This document shows, piece by piece, positions 62,790 to 64,000 of a DNA stretch of 64,000 nucleotides (position 1 is the first letter of the stretch; every line of letters starts with the position of its first letter). A program made the translations under genes and the position numbers. The notes under the pieces were generated by a model. That model was not told where the DNA came from and searched no databases. It saw only the letters and a list, made by a program, of their open reading frames with translations. This DNA is from an uncultured delta proteobacterium (GTDB taxonomy: Bacteria; Myxococcota_A; Polyangia; Polyangiales; Polyangiaceae). The stretch is taken from contig CAVOKF010000007.1 in assembly GCA_963696385.1 (NCBI GenBank), positions 32,001 through 96,000 of the forward strand, in the 5' to 3' direction.

Positions 62790-63128
62790 CTAGTACCCCG
62801 ATTCCATGAAACGGAGGGGTGAGACCAGCCGATCCCGTCGGGAATATCGCGGAAAACGACCCTTCCATTCCGCGGAATCGAGCCCCGGAATCTGGGGCGC
62901 GAGCTGCCGCCACGCTCTCGGCCGCCGCGCATACTCGCGCGGCCGGGGACCGTCGCGGTGCGTCGAAAAGGCCACCAGCTCGGCCGCCAATCCCGCCGAA
63001 AGGCGCGCGAGCACGATCTCCGCCGCGCGCGCGGCAACTTGCTCGATATCGAGAGGCGCCCGGCTCGACTCCGCGATCGCCGCCGAGTGAGCACGCCCCG
63101 GCCGACGTCGCATCCGCTGCCGCGTCAT
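62790..63128 (-). CDS. Hypothetical small protein, possibly a mobile-element DNA-binding remnant
   Basis: Protein-like segment LDIEQVAARAAEIVLARL...FSTHRDGPRP...RAWRQLAPQIPG. No firm family assignment. Confidence 0.35.
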   Translation of the reverse strand: MTRQRMRRRPGRAHSAAIAESSRAPLDIEQVAARAAEIVLARLSAGLAAELVAFSTHRDGPRPREYARRPRAWRQLAPQIPGLDSAEWKGRFPRYSRRDRLVSPLRFMESGY

Positions 63129-63710
63129 GGCCCACGCCCCGTGGACGGTACCTGGGGACCGTCGGCTTCATCGGAGATCCGTCGACGGTTTGGACGCCCA
63201 GTTCCCCTTGTTCTATCCATCGGAAAGTCTCCAACTCCGACCGGCCGTCGCACCCGCAACAGGGCTGGCGCAGACGTCCGCTTCGCGATCGCGTGGGCGC
63301 CGCAGTTCAAAGGCCTCGCGCTGCGTGTCGCGGCCGTCTCCGCCAGCATCGCGAGGACTCGAGACTCGAAGACAGGACCTGCGGAGGGGCCAGTGCAATG
63401 ATTCCGAGCGCTTTTCACGGTGGACTCCGAATACTGAGATGGCGCGGTCGCACGCGGATGCTTGGCGGTAACACCGGAATGCCCAACGGCGCTGAGCGCC
63501 GATGCGGGGCTGCGAACAAGGCGTTTCGTGCTACGGTCTAGGCAACCGGCGGGCCAGACCCTCAACCGCGGCTAAAGTATTTGAAATGTGTCCTTTCGGA
63601 ATCGAGTTTCGGTCCCAAATTCGGTCAATGATTGACCACTACCGGGACGCCATTGACCAGTTTTCTTCGGCGCGTTGCTCAAATCGGTTCGCCGATTCAG
63701 CGATAACGAA

Positions 63711-64000
63711 CGCGCACGGCCGTGCGGATCACCCGGATGCCGGTGGCAAGGGCCAGCGCATCAAGCGCGGTCCCAAACTTGTCGTCTCAGTCGCGAATCA
63801 AGAACCTCGGTGCCACGCCGAGGGGGTCGCGTTGCGAGGCTGCTGCGCGACCCATGCCTGCGACGGCATGCGCGTCGTTGCGGCGAACACGACGTTGCGC
63901 GTTGCCAGTTCGATGAACACGAGCGTGAAGATGGGGCGGAAGAACAAGTCGTAGGCTTGCAAGAAATCGCAAGCCCAGACGTTGCAGGCATGGTTGCGGA
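63711..64000 (-). pseudogene. Second, truncated copy of the rve transposase (runs off the window end)
   Basis: Near-identical to about 59567-59857 with scattered substitutions and a 1-bp deletion. It lacks the 3' part that includes NAICERF. Confidence 0.9.

Noticed and set aside
58600..64000. Integron cassette array explaining the TA cluster
   Set aside because: No integron integrase and no convincing repeated attC (RYYYAAC...GTTRRRY) structures; the genes are not uniformly oriented.

Overview
High-GC bacterial chromosomal window. Its gene content (Ser/Thr kinase-PEGA-lipoprotein cluster, kinase-GAF-sigma54 activator fusion, FGE-family lipoprotein) suggests Myxococcota/Polyangiales; this assignment is an inference. 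There are three zones. (1) 1-7206 is the right part of an integrative mobilizable element inserted at the 3' end of tRNA-Ala(GGC). It carries a VirD2/DUF3363-type relaxase cut by the window edge (absent from the ORF track), a putative oriT, a 46-bp tandem array, LexA-like HTH and ankyrin cargo, an FGE/CLec-fold lipoprotein whose C-terminus looks like a DGR variable region, xis and a tyrosine integrase. (2) 7.4-58.5 kb is core-like: sigma54 activators, a Rieske/cytochrome b-diheme c pair, kdpDE, SNF2-ligD-ku, a PhoB-like regulator, WYL-kamA, pdp, an ECF sigma, a kinase-PEGA cluster, metG, accC, xseA-aroE and a two-component pair. It is punctuated by many unrelated intergenic tandem arrays and by a 101-bp duplication at the kdpD/kdpE junction that creates a translational relay peptide. 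(3) 58.6-64 kb is a decayed accessory island with three toxin-antitoxin modules (one intact mqsRA-like, two broken), an IS with unusual inverted repeats and a second IS fragment. Several single-base frameshifts may be long-read consensus errors. All calls come from motif recognition by eye; no database searches were run.
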